Shown one piece after another: positions 10,330 through 19,110 of a stretch of DNA of 64,000 bases (the first letter of the stretch is position 1; each line of letters opens with the position of its first letter). Under the pieces are notes generated by a model. That model was not told the DNA's origin. It searched no databases and saw only the letters and a list, made by a program, of their open reading frames with translations. The stretch spans positions 9,728 to 73,727 of the IMG/VR virus record IMGVR_UViG_3300047357_000359; one strand, 5' to 3'. Source of the stretch: a virus. A program made the translations under genes and the position numbers.

Positions 10330-10563
10330 ATGGAAATCTTAAATAAAGTAAAAACTTGGGCAAGTGCCATTACTGAGGTAGGTGTATCACTTATCGCTTT
10401 AGGTATCGTGCTTGAAGTTTTATTCAACGGGCAGAACATTCCGTTCTGGCCAAACATCAGCGTAGTAGACAACATCACTGGAATGATAACAGCGTTATCT
10501 GCACAGGGCTTAGTTGGTCTAGTTGCTGTATGGGTGTTATATTCAATTTACAATCGCAAGTAA
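10330..10563 (+). CDS. small two-TM membrane protein
   Basis: AAGGAG RBS; followed by a terminator hairpin. Confidence 0.7.
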   Translation: MEILNKVKTWASAITEVGVSLIALGIVLEVLFNGQNIPFWPNISVVDNITGMITALSAQGLVGLVAVWVLYSIYNRK

Positions 10564-10585
10564 GAAAGCATAACACTTTTAAGTT

Positions 10586-10623
10586 ATGGCAGAGCCGTCT
10601 TGGCGGACAGCTCTGTCATTTTT
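10586..10623. terminator. intrinsic terminator
   Basis: ATGGCAGAGC...GCTCTGTCAT followed by a T-run, between convergent operons. Confidence 0.6.
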
Positions 10624-10673
10624 AATTTATCTTCCTGATACCCAGTCTTGTTCGTCTTCAGTGTAAGGCCACA

Positions 10674-10778
10674 TTAGTGAAAATACCCTCCCCAGAACAA
10701 TCCGTTAACAAGCATTACGCCTACTAGGATTGACATCATAATACTAAATGGAATTAGTGCAGATATAACATTACGCAT
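10674..10778 (-). CDS. 34-aa hydrophobic peptide (MRNVISALIPF...GGYFH)
   Basis: Manually translated; overlaps the upstream DUF1127 stop and the start of a further 15-codon ORF (10627-10674). Confidence 0.45.
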   Translation of the reverse strand: MRNVISALIPFSIMMSILVGVMLVNGLFWGGYFH

Positions 10779-11013
10779 GAGCTTTACCTTTCCAAGTTGC
10801 TACAGGTTTCCCTCGCATATAATGGTCGCCAGCTTCATATTTGTCCTTGGCTTCCATATCACGAATTGGTTCATCAGCAATATAATCTATATCACCACGT
10901 TTGATTCCTATATCTCTCAAGTCATGATCAGTTAGGCTATGTAATACTGCTCTAGTATTTCTAGCACGAGTGTGGGCTTTTGAAATTTTAAATAATCTAG
11001 CGAAGAATGACAT
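10771..11013 (-). CDS. DUF1127 (YjiS-like) protein
   Basis: TRAVLHSLTDHDLRDIGIKRGDI. Confidence 0.85.
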   Translation of the reverse strand: MSFFARLFKISKAHTRARNTRAVLHSLTDHDLRDIGIKRGDIDYIADEPIRDMEAKDKYEAGDHYMRGKPVATWKGKAHA

Positions 11014-11219
11014 TACTTAATCCTCCCTTGATCAACCATTAAGTTACGTGCTTGTTCGTGATAGCCTTGACGTGATAGTTCAGCGGCCGCTCTAGCTCTG
11101 CCTGCTGATTCACCAAACGCAATCAGTCCAATCCACATACCTAATAGTACGTTTCTAATTACTACACACGTTTTGCATGTAAAGTCCCAAGTTGTTTCTC
11201 TTAATTCTATAGCAGTCAT
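11013..11219 (-). CDS. small alphaproteobacterial-type protein
   Basis: GRARAAAELSRQGY; coupled TAATG overlaps on both sides. Confidence 0.65.
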   Translation of the reverse strand: MTAIELRETTWDFTCKTCVVIRNVLLGMWIGLIAFGESAGRARAAAELSRQGYHEQARNLMVDQGRIK

Positions 11220-11482
11220 TATACCCATCCTCTTAAATTTTTGTTAGTTGTAGCGTTGCTCATTCTTTTATCATGAAAATTGCCTAAAGCAATTGATGTA
11301 ATATCAGAACGTCCAATGCCTAAATCACGTAGTTCGTGATCTGTTAGTTGGGATAATTCCTTGTGTGTTCTACGAATCGCGGCTTTGTTAGCTCTGTTTC
11401 GTTTCCATTCCTTTACTAAATCCATCAAGCCAGCTATAGCGTCTTGAATCACAGTTGATACTGTCATAATTGCTTGTGTCAT
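11219..11482 (-). CDS. DUF1127 (YjiS-like) protein
   Basis: RRTHKELSQLTDHELRDLGIGRSDI. Confidence 0.9.
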   Translation of the reverse strand: MTQAIMTVSTVIQDAIAGLMDLVKEWKRNRANKAAIRRTHKELSQLTDHELRDLGIGRSDITSIALGNFHDKRMSNATTNKNLRGWV

Positions 11483-11661
11483 TAGTTATGTACTCCCATC
11501 TTAGGACCTTTGCCCTGGTGGGTTAACATATAGTGAAAGGCATATTGCCAATCTTTTCCGTACTCTGTTTTGGCGTAAGTGAGCATCTCTTTTTCGAAAG
11601 CCTTGGACGGGCTTGGGTTTCCAAGTAAACTCACAAGGCCGTTGAATAGCATAGTAGCCAT
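11482..11661 (-). CDS. hypothetical protein, first gene of the DUF1127 operon
   Basis: AAGGAG RBS before ATG 11661. Confidence 0.65.
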   Translation of the reverse strand: MATMLFNGLVSLLGNPSPSKAFEKEMLTYAKTEYGKDWQYAFHYMLTHQGKGPKMGVHN

Positions 11662-11684
11662 TTTACTTCTCCTTATATAAGTTT

Positions 11685-11795
11685 TGTGGATGCTTGAGGA
11701 AAGCAATACCCCGGAACTTCCCCGGCGGTGCGTGAACCTTTGGTCCCCGTCAATCACTTGTAACGGATGGATAATCCGCATTGTCTATCCAATGT
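11685..11795 (-). ncRNA. candidate structured leader RNA/sRNA
   Basis: GC-rich run of about 5 consecutive hairpins in an AT-rich genome, between a late-type promoter and the RBS. Confidence 0.45.
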
Positions 11796-12084
11796 GTCTG
11801 TGTGTGGAAGCTTCAAAATCATTGCAACTTTTCTACTTCACCTGTATTTATTAAATACGCACAAAAGTCGGGCCTTAAAAGAGTGTGATTTCCATGTTTT
11901 TTTTGTAAAGGCTGTTATGCTCTTAGTGCATGGATAAGTTGTTGCTAATATTAGCATGTTCTTATAAGAACCGTGTTTTTGCTTTGGTAGTATAAGTATT
12001 AATATGCACTTGACTTTTTAAGTTATTGTGTTACTATAATAAACATTGTGATTAACTATCAGGTGAAAGCCGGGAGACAACACA

Positions 12085-13149
12085 ATGAATAAACTTTTCG
12101 TAAACATAAGGTACTTCATTGCACCATTGTTAATACTTGTAACACTCGCAGGAGTGTTGGCAGGTGGAGCATGGGCATGGACAGGTGTAGGCTTATTGGG
12201 AGTAGGCATTATACTTGACACACTTATCACTAAACACACTCGTGGAGCAGTTGATGAGAATGGAGAGACCTTAGGTATCCCCTGGTTACAGAATACAGTA
12301 ATGTATTTGATGTTACCAGTCTTTGTAGCATTACAGTTAGCTCTTGCTTACCAAATATTTAATGGTATGGCAGGTGCAGAACTATTAGGTGCTACACTAT
12401 CAACAGGTATATTTGCAGGCATAGGTATAATCTATGGGCATGAACTATCGCACACCAAAGGCATTGCATTTGTAATAAGCCGCTGGATGATGGGACTATC
12501 AGGTTCAGCACATTTCTGTTATGCTCATGTGTACAATCATCATTTGGAATTAGCAAGTGAAGATGATCCTGCAACTGCACCAAGAGGACGTGATATCTAT
12601 TCACACTATATCAAATCACACTTAGGACAATCTAAGTTCTTGTTTGAAATGGAAAGAGGTAGATTGAAACGTTTAGGTAAACCTTTCTTGTCCGTAAGTA
12701 ACAGATGGATAAGAGGTTACATGATGAGTGTACCTACACTTGCATTGTTCTTCTTTGCAGGTGGTTGGTTAGGTGTCGCATGTATCGGACTTGTTTGGTT
12801 AATATCAAACTTCGAACTTGAAGCACTTAACTATCTAGAACACTATGGTTTGATTCGTGTTAAAAGCGAACCAATAGACTATAGACACTCATGGGATAAC
12901 TCAACATTATTCACAAGCTGGTTCTTCATAGAGATTGGTCGCCAGGCTGATCATCATGACAGAGGTGAAACACACTTCTGGGAACTTGACGAAGTAGGTG
13001 CACCTAACACAGGTGTAGGTTACTTCACACTCTTTGCATTAGCATTAGTACCACCAGTGTTCAATAGCTTTATGAAAAAGCATTTGGACAAATGGGATAA
13101 AGAAATGGCTACTGAAGCAGAAAGAGAAATAGGAAAACAGTTCGTTTAA
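12085..13149 (+). CDS. alkB: alkane 1-monooxygenase (AlkB/XylM family membrane di-iron hydroxylase)
   Basis: His boxes HELSH, HVYNHH, NYLEHYG, ADHH; DDPATA; multiple TM helices. Confidence 0.85.
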   Translation: MNKLFVNIRYFIAPLLILVTLAGVLAGGAWAWTGVGLLGVGIILDTLITKHTRGAVDENGETLGIPWLQNTVMYLMLPVFVALQLALAYQIFNGMAGAELLGATLSTGIFAGIGIIYGHELSHTKGIAFVISRWMMGLSGSAHFCYAHVYNHHLELASEDDPATAPRGRDIYSHYIKSHLGQSKFLFEMERGRLKRLGKPFLSVSNRWIRGYMMSVPTLALFFFAGGWLGVACIGLVWLISNFELEALNYLEHYGLIRVKSEPIDYRHSWDNSTLFTSWFFIEIGRQADHHDRGETHFWELDEVGAPNTGVGYFTLFALALVPPVFNSFMKKHLDKWDKEMATEAEREIGKQFV

Positions 13150-13157
13150 CCCTGTTG

Positions 13158-13188
13158 GGGTGCAATCACAAGTTGCACCCTTTCTTTC
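13158..13188 (+). terminator. intrinsic terminator
   Basis: GGGTGCAA/TTGCACCC followed by a T-rich tail. Confidence 0.7.
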
Positions 13189-13214
13189 TAATTGCTGGAT
13201 AAATACATATACAA

Positions 13215-13261
13215 CGTTCAGCCGATATAGGCCGGAAGTAAGCAACTATGCTGAAGGAACG
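13215..13261 (+). promoter_or_regulatory. glutamine riboswitch (glnA motif)
   Basis: CGTTCA-[GCC..GGC]-CGGAAGTA-[AGCA..TGCT]-GAAGGAACG; three-stem junction with E-loop. Confidence 0.8.
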
Positions 13262-13287
13262 CACTTAACTGTAAAAAGGAGAGTGTA

Positions 13288-13479
13288 ATGAACAGATACG
13301 ATTACCTACTTAAATCATACCGTGAGCAAAAAATGAGAGAACGCAAGGAGAAAATCCTTATGAAAACTCGTAGTGAAGTAAACGTGTATGGAAATGGTAC
13401 GACTGGATATACTGTTACTGCTGGAGAAAATTCTGGTAAAGTTTTAAAACATATATCTATTAACCACGACAACAAATAA
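13288..13479 (+). CDS. small basic protein downstream of the glutamine riboswitch
   Basis: AAGGAG RBS; own terminator. Confidence 0.7.
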   Translation: MNRYDYLLKSYREQKMRERKEKILMKTRSEVNVYGNGTTGYTVTAGENSGKVLKHISINHDNK

Positions 13480-13484
13480 ATTGG

Positions 13485-13514
13485 ATAGGCGAGTTAACTC
13501 AGCTCGCCTATTTT
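13485..13514 (+). terminator. intrinsic terminator
   Basis: ATAGGCGAG/CTCGCCTAT followed by TTT. Confidence 0.7.
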
Positions 13515-13517
13515 ATC

Positions 13518-13546
13518 TTGACATAATAGATAATTAAGTATATACT
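13518..13546 (+). promoter_or_regulatory. sigma70-type early promoter
   Basis: TTGACA-N17-TATACT. Confidence 0.7.
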
Positions 13547-13571
13547 AGTAGCACATTACGAGGATTGCTTA

Positions 13572-14327
13572 ATGAAACTAATCATTGCAGGGTATGGGTA
13601 TGTTGGTAAGGCATACCATGCTATACTTAAAGAGTCTTGGGACGTTGAAATTCATGACCCGCGGCTTGGGTATGTCGCTGATTTTGATAAAGTTTGCCAA
13701 GGAATCATTTGTTGTGTGTCAACGCCGTCTAACGCAGACGGATCATGTGATGGCAGTAGTGTCATTGACGTTGTTAATCAAGCAAGACAGTTAGATAATA
13801 TTCCTGTGCTTGTTAAAAGTACTATTGATCTTCAAGTCTGGGATCAAATCAAAGAGTTCAACACAACCTTTAGTCCAGAGTTCCTACGTGCTGAAACAGC
13901 CGTAAAGGATCTGTGCAATGCAGAAACACACTATCTTGCTAAAGGCGATACAAACTTTTGGGCAACTATATTAATAGAAGCTCTTGGTAAGATTAACGTG
14001 AATACTAAAAACTCCCCTGAAGAACTTATACTAATAAAGTATCTAAGAAATAGTTTCTTAGCGACTAAGGTAAGTTTCTTCAATCAAGTGTATGACTTAT
14101 GTGAAGCAAGTGGTGTTAACTATACTTCAGTTGCTAATGGTGTAAGTGTAGACAAACGTATTGGTGAAAGCCATACAAGTATAACGACAGAGCGTGGCTT
14201 TGGAGGACATTGTTTTCCTAAAGACACACTAGCTCTAACAAAGTTGGCAGAACAACATGGTGTTGATCTGTCGTTAATTGAATGTGCTATTAAGTACAAT
14301 TACCAAGTAAGGAAGGACAACGTTTGA
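13572..14327 (+). CDS. UDP-glucose/GDP-mannose dehydrogenase family protein (short form)
   Basis: GYGYVG, KST, SPEFLR, K...[22 protein letters not shown]. Confidence 0.85.
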   Translation: MKLIIAGYGYVGKAYHAILKESWDVEIHDPRLGYVADFDKVCQGIICCVSTPSNADGSCDGSSVIDVVNQARQLDNIPVLVKSTIDLQVWDQIKEFNTTFSPEFLRAETAVKDLCNAETHYLAKGDTNFWATILIEALGKINVNTKNSPEELILIKYLRNSFLATKVSFFNQVYDLCEASGVNYTSVANGVSVDKRIGESHTSITTERGFGGHCFPKDTLALTKLAEQHGVDLSLIECAIKYNYQVRKDNV

Positions 14328-15283
14328 AAATGAAAATTATCACAGGAAATGCTAATCCAGATTTAGCACAACAGATTGCAGAACATTGTTTTGCAACACT
14401 AGTACCGGCTAACGTATCGACGTTTGCTGATGGAGAAAGTAGCGTAGAGTTTTTAGAAAATGTACGTGGCGAAGATGTGTTTATTATACAGAGTACCTGT
14501 ACACCTGTTAATGATAGTGTTATGGAACTTATGATTATGATTGATGCGGCACGTAGATCAAGTGCAAGTAGAATTACAGCAGTCATTCCTTACTTTGGTT
14601 ACGCAAGACAAGATCGTAAGAGTGCTTCACGTACTCCTATCACAGCAAAACTTGTTAGTAACTTATTAACAACAGCAGGTGCAGATAGAATCTTAACAAT
14701 GGATTTACATGCAGGACAGATACAAGGCTTCTTTGATATTCCTGTGGACGATTTAACAAGCCGTGTAGTCTTTGCAAAAGATATCAAACGTTCAATTGGT
14801 TGGAGAGATGATCCAGAAGTACAACAACAAGGAACAGTATTTGTATCACCAGACGCAGGTGGTGTTGTTCGTGCTAGGAAGTTTGCTGATATGTTTGGTG
14901 GCGACATTGCTATAGTAGACAAACGTAGACCAGAAGCAGGTAAGAGCGAAGTAATGAATCTAATTGGCGATGTACAAGGCAAACATGCTATCCTAGTAGA
15001 TGACATTGTAGACTCAGGCGGGACATTATGCAATGCGGCCAAAGCAATTATGGATGCAGGTGCTAGTAGTGTTCGTGCTTATATTACACACGGAGTATTA
15101 AGTAACGAAGCATGTCAAAAGGTTGAGAAGTCAGTACTAGATGAATTAGTAGTTACTGATACTATTCCTAATCGTTGTCCTAAGAACTGTAAGAAAACTA
15201 GACAAGTAAGTGTTAGTAACCTATTTGGCGAAGCAATACGCAGAGTTACTAATGAAGAATCAGTAAGTAGTCTGTTTGTATAA
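14324..15283 (+). CDS. prs: ribose-phosphate pyrophosphokinase
   Basis: [44 protein letters not shown]. Confidence 0.95.
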   Translation: MKMKIITGNANPDLAQQIAEHCFATLVPANVSTFADGESSVEFLENVRGEDVFIIQSTCTPVNDSVMELMIMIDAARRSSASRITAVIPYFGYARQDRKSASRTPITAKLVSNLLTTAGADRILTMDLHAGQIQGFFDIPVDDLTSRVVFAKDIKRSIGWRDDPEVQQQGTVFVSPDAGGVVRARKFADMFGGDIAIVDKRRPEAGKSEVMNLIGDVQGKHAILVDDIVDSGGTLCNAAKAIMDAGASSVRAYITHGVLSNEACQKVEKSVLDELVVTDTIPNRCPKNCKKTRQVSVSNLFGEAIRRVTNEESVSSLFV

Positions 15284-15507
15284 TGAATTGGGAAGTACAA
15301 GATTTTAGACCAAAGAAACCAGTACCAAGTTGGGCTGAATGGATTTGGCCAAGAGACATGGCTATGTTTATCCTATGGCGATTATTCTTTTGGACTGTAA
15401 TAATTCCTTTTGTTTTATTTGGTGCAGTACTAACTCCATTAGGACTCTTAATACAAATTCTCGTAATAGATTACTTTACATATCTTCAGTGGAAGAACCA
15501 ACAGTAA
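15283..15507 (+). CDS. small membrane protein
   Basis: TAATG coupling to prs; hydrophobic. Confidence 0.55.
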   Translation: MNWEVQDFRPKKPVPSWAEWIWPRDMAMFILWRLFFWTVIIPFVLFGAVLTPLGLLIQILVIDYFTYLQWKNQQ

Positions 15508-15543
15508 TAAATACATACACAGCATAGCAAAGGAGACAATGAT

Positions 15544-16053
15544 TTGTCTGACGTACTTGTACTTAATGCAGACGCACAACCATTATCATATCTACCCCTA
15601 TCAGCAATTCAATGGAAAGAAGCAATAACCTATCTGTGGATGGATAAGGTTACAGTATTAGATTGGTATGATGATTGGATTGTAAGTTCTCCTACTTGGG
15701 AAACTCGTGTACCGGCTGTGATCATGCTAAAGCAACAACAACGTAAACGGCGGAAGCCTCGCTTCTCTAAAGTAAACTTATACATTCGTGACTTATACAC
15801 TTGCCAATACTGCGACATACAATTAATTAAAAAAGAACTTACCCTTGATCATGTTATACCTTTGAGTAAAGGTGGACGTACATCTTGGGAAAACATTGTG
15901 GCGGCTTGTATGCCTTGTAACACTCGTAAGGGTAACAAAACTGCAATGAAACCTAAACGTGAACCATATGCTCCAGACTATTACGATCTAGTTAACAAGC
16001 GTAAACAAATGGATCTAAAGATCAAACACCCTTCCTGGACCAACTACATATAA
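15544..16053 (+). CDS. HNH endonuclease
   Basis: VLVLNAD, RD..TCQYC, TLDHVIP.SKGG..SWENIV.AC..CN..KG. Confidence 0.9.
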   Translation: MSDVLVLNADAQPLSYLPLSAIQWKEAITYLWMDKVTVLDWYDDWIVSSPTWETRVPAVIMLKQQQRKRRKPRFSKVNLYIRDLYTCQYCDIQLIKKELTLDHVIPLSKGGRTSWENIVAACMPCNTRKGNKTAMKPKREPYAPDYYDLVNKRKQMDLKIKHPSWTNYI

Positions 16054-16094
16054 TAGTAGTATTTAATTATACAACTTAAAGCCATTAAATAAGA

Positions 16095-16112
16095 GTGTAA
16101 ATATATTTACAC
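16095..16112. promoter_or_regulatory. 18-bp perfect palindrome (candidate operator, copy 2)
   Basis: GTGTAAATATATTTACAC, immediately after TAAATA. Confidence 0.6.
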
Positions 16113-16133
16113 CTAACATGAGAGGGCTCTAGG

Positions 16134-16277
16134 ATGGATTTTCGTTTTACATTGATACTTCTATTTGCTCTTGCCATGTTAGCATTATTTGTCAAGCCAG
16201 GACATGTCCCCCAAGAAAAAATTTATGATCCAGACGAAAAGGCTTGGAACGAAGTTGACGAAATAATAAACAAATAA
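16134..16277 (+). CDS. 47-aa membrane-anchored peptide
   Basis: Manually translated MDFRFTLILLFALAMLALFVKPG... Confidence 0.5.
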   Translation: MDFRFTLILLFALAMLALFVKPGHVPQEKIYDPDEKAWNEVDEIINK

Positions 16278-16305
16278 GAATGCCCCCGAACACTTCCGAG
16301 TGTTC

Positions 16306-16343
16306 AGAAAACCCTCTATAATGATGTAGAGGGTTTTCTTTTT
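16306..16343 (+). terminator. intrinsic terminator
   Basis: AGAAAACCCTCTA/TAGAGGGTTTTCT followed by a T-run. Confidence 0.7.
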
Positions 16344-16502
16344 GTTTCACTCTTGACTTTTGCTAAAACCTGTGCTATAAATAAAACTGTTTGTATAATT
16401 GTTCGAATTATGCAAAGCATGGAAGTTGGGCAACGTTGAGCCCAATCTCTTTTAACTTGTGAGCGATGTGGTAAAAGCATCAAGCAGATAGGAGAAATAA
16501 TA

Positions 16503-17462
16503 ATGGACGCACTCACCCTATGGATGGCAATCGGATTTCTTTTCGCGGCCTATTCAGTAATAGCAAATGATTCAGTACAAACACTAGGTACATGGATCGC
16601 AAGTAATAACGATAAATTCAATTGGAAAATTATGTGGGGGTGTGCAAGTGCAGTTCTCCTTTATACATTGTGGTACGGTTGGACAGTAAATGGTGGAGAC
16701 ATCAGTTACGGTAGACTTAACAAGATACCGTTCCAAGAAATACAATGGTACCATGCGGCGGCACCAGGACTACTATTAATACTAACAAGAATTGGCGTAC
16801 CAGTGAGTACGTCATTTTTAGTTTTAAGTGCCTTTGCAAGTACATTTGTATTAGAGAAGATGCTCGTAAAGAGTATGATGGGATATGCAGTCGCGGCTGT
16901 GGCGGCATATTGTATTTGGATAGTGGTTACTAAACTACTAGATGAAGCAAAGCCTGTTAAAGAAGAACATAAGAAAGCATGGCGTGTAGCACAATGGGTA
17001 ACAACAGGCTTCCTGTGGTTTACTTGGCTCAGTCATGACATGGCAAACATTGCCGTGTTCCTACCTAGAGAGATACCTTGGGACTTAATGGTTATTATCT
17101 CACTTGTATTTGTAGGCGGACTTGCTTATATGTTTAAAGAAGGCGGAGGTAAGATACAAAAGATTGTTATTGAAAAGCACAATACAAGATATGTTCGTAG
17201 TGCTACTATCATTGACGGTGTGTATTGGTTGATCCTTTGGTTCTTCAAAGAGTATAACGATATACCTATGTCGACAACTTGGGTGTTCGTTGGACTATTA
17301 TGTGGACGTGAACTTGCTATGGCAACTATGACAGGCAAGGAAAAGTTCAAGACAGTATTTCCACTTGTAACTAAAGACTTCATTAAGATGATGATTGGCT
17401 TGGGTGCTTCTGTGGGAGTAGTGTTAATGATACACTATGTTATCGTACCAAACGGATATTAA
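16503..17462 (+). CDS. polytopic membrane protein, remote PiT/PHO4-like transporter
   Basis: About 10 TMs; ANDSVQTLG and SHDMAN resemble the duplicated PiT GANDxAN signature. Confidence 0.55.
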   Translation: MDALTLWMAIGFLFAAYSVIANDSVQTLGTWIASNNDKFNWKIMWGCASAVLLYTLWYGWTVNGGDISYGRLNKIPFQEIQWYHAAAPGLLLILTRIGVPVSTSFLVLSAFASTFVLEKMLVKSMMGYAVAAVAAYCIWIVVTKLLDEAKPVKEEHKKAWRVAQWVTTGFLWFTWLSHDMANIAVFLPREIPWDLMVIISLVFVGGLAYMFKEGGGKIQKIVIEKHNTRYVRSATIIDGVYWLILWFFKEYNDIPMSTTWVFVGLLCGRELAMATMTGKEKFKTVFPLVTKDFIKMMIGLGASVGVVLMIHYVIVPNGY

Positions 17463-17830
17463 AGTTTAATTTCTGTTAAACCATTTTCCCTATCAAGGTA
17501 TTTAAAATCTATCTTGGTAGGGTTATATTTTTGCAACCAATCAAATACTATATTAGGATCAAATACTCCGCAAGTATATACATCAAGTTGTATCATAGCA
17601 GGATCTGTTTCATCCCATGTGTGTATTATAACATGACTAGTTTCTATAATAGTAGCAACAGTCAACCCTCTATTACCTTTCATATTACAATATTTGGCAT
17701 ATGGTCCCATTAGGATCTTCATACCTATTGCTTCTATCAAGGCTTTTACATCATTACTTGTAAGGGTTTCATCTGTTGGCGGATTAGTAACTTCCGCTCG
17801 AATTATCACATGTTTGTGAACTAACTGCAT
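17459..17830 (-). CDS. speD: S-adenosylmethionine decarboxylase proenzyme
   Basis: GLT..IIETSH..IHTWDE..QLDVYTC. Confidence 0.85.
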   Translation of the reverse strand: MQLVHKHVIIRAEVTNPPTDETLTSNDVKALIEAIGMKILMGPYAKYCNMKGNRGLTVATIIETSHVIIHTWDETDPAMIQLDVYTCGVFDPNIVFDWLQKYNPTKIDFKYLDRENGLTEIKL

Positions 17831-17892
17831 TTATGTCAGAGTTATTTATAACAAAGTTCTAATAAATACTCATATTACTGAGAGGGAAAACG

Positions 17893-18687
17893 ATGATACC
17901 AGAACAAGGGATTATGACTATGAACTTCAAGCAAAGAAGTTTATTGTTTGCAAAAATAAGCCAAATTGCTTACTTAAATAAAGCCAATGCTACAAAGCAG
18001 GCTAAAAAAATAGGTTTTACAACTGTAGAGTACTACGATGTAAAAGGAGCTCAATCTTACCGTTTTATGAATAAACGTGATTTAGTTATAGCTTGTAGGG
18101 GAACAGAGCCAACACAATATGCTGATATTAAAGCTGATGCCAATGCATTGCCAGTTATAGCAGAAACAGTTAGTAGAGTACACAAAGGATTCAAAGGGCA
18201 AGTAGACGAGCTATGGCCAGCTATTAGAGAAGACTTAACTCGTACACAAAATAAAAATAAAGATGTGTGGTTTACAGGACACAGTTTAGGAGCGGCAATG
18301 GCAACTATTATGGCTAGTCGTTGTATGTTCTTTGAGCTAGTACCTAACCCAGAAGAACTTTACACATACGGATCACCAAGAGTAGGTTGGAAAGGTTACG
18401 TTGATAGTTTAGGCATTACCCATCATCGTTGGAAGAACAATAACGATATAGTAACAACTGTTCCTCTTGCAATTATGGGTTTCAAACATCACGGAACTAT
18501 GCACTACCTAAACAGTTATGGAAATGTACGTAGACCTACTGGTTGGCAAATGATTAAAGATAGATTACGTGGCATGTGGACAGGAATCAAAAAAGGAAAA
18601 ATAGATAACTTTTCAGATCATTTGATTCATAACTACATTGAACATTTACAAAACTACAAAGACGGAAAAGAAAACCCACAAAAATAA
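17893..18687 (+). CDS. class 3 lipase
   Basis: ACRGT, VHKGF, TGHSLG, YTYGSPRVG, NNDIV..VP. Confidence 0.9.
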   Translation: MIPEQGIMTMNFKQRSLLFAKISQIAYLNKANATKQAKKIGFTTVEYYDVKGAQSYRFMNKRDLVIACRGTEPTQYADIKADANALPVIAETVSRVHKGFKGQVDELWPAIREDLTRTQNKNKDVWFTGHSLGAAMATIMASRCMFFELVPNPEELYTYGSPRVGWKGYVDSLGITHHRWKNNNDIVTTVPLAIMGFKHHGTMHYLNSYGNVRRPTGWQMIKDRLRGMWTGIKKGKIDNFSDHLIHNYIEHLQNYKDGKENPQK

Positions 18688-18690
18688 AAT

Positions 18691-18879
18691 ATGACTCGTA
18701 AAACAAATACCATGTTGATAGGCCTACTTGGTACTATACTTCTAGGCTTAGCTTCATGGACATTGATTACATTGATGGAGTTACAGATACTAGTTAGTAT
18801 GATTGAACAAGACCTAATAAGTATTGACAAACAGTTTGGTCGTGTGTACAACTTTATAGATAGTATTAGACAACGTTAA
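18691..18879 (+). CDS. small membrane protein
   Basis: TM plus short coiled coil. Confidence 0.55.
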   Translation: MTRKTNTMLIGLLGTILLGLASWTLITLMELQILVSMIEQDLISIDKQFGRVYNFIDSIRQR

Positions 18880-18881
18880 GT

Positions 18882-18955
18882 TGGCATAGGTGGAGGGAAT
18901 CGAACCCCCATTAACTGGTTTGGAATCAGTTGTGTTACCATTACACCACACCCAT
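18882..18955 (-). tRNA. tRNA-Trp(CCA)
   Basis: Cloverleaf; anticodon loop TT-CCA-AA; GTTCGATTC; encoded CCA. Confidence 0.9.
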
Positions 18956-18990
18956 AAAAAAAGCCCCTAATAAAATTAATTACTAGGGGC
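18956..18990 (-). terminator. attenuator terminator immediately 5' of tRNA-Trp
   Basis: GCCCCTAGTA/TATTAGGGGC followed by T7. Confidence 0.8.
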
Positions 18991-19021
18991 TTCGCAATAT
19001 AACTTTTTTTAGAAAGTCACA

Positions 19022-19075
19022 TCAAGACATACCCCTCAAGGGCCAACATAATTGTGTTCTGATAGTCTTTGACAT
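19022..19075 (-). CDS. putative Trp leader peptide MSKTIRTQLCWPLRGMS
   Basis: 17 codons, AGGA upstream, own promoter; its 3' part can pair with the terminator 5' arm. Confidence 0.6.
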   Translation of the reverse strand: MSKTIRTQLCWPLRGMS

Positions 19076-19110
19076 GTTTGAAATTTTCCTGTGTTCTTAG
19101 TTATACATAT

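Noticed and set aside
11685-11795. Cobalamin or SAM riboswitch
   Set aside because: GGGAA and CCGG elements are present, but no B12-box or SAM core consensus could be matched by eye.
15544-16053. Mobile homing endonuclease or intron
   Set aside because: It is a free-standing HNH gene with its own promoter and RBS; no interrupted host gene or intron structure is visible.
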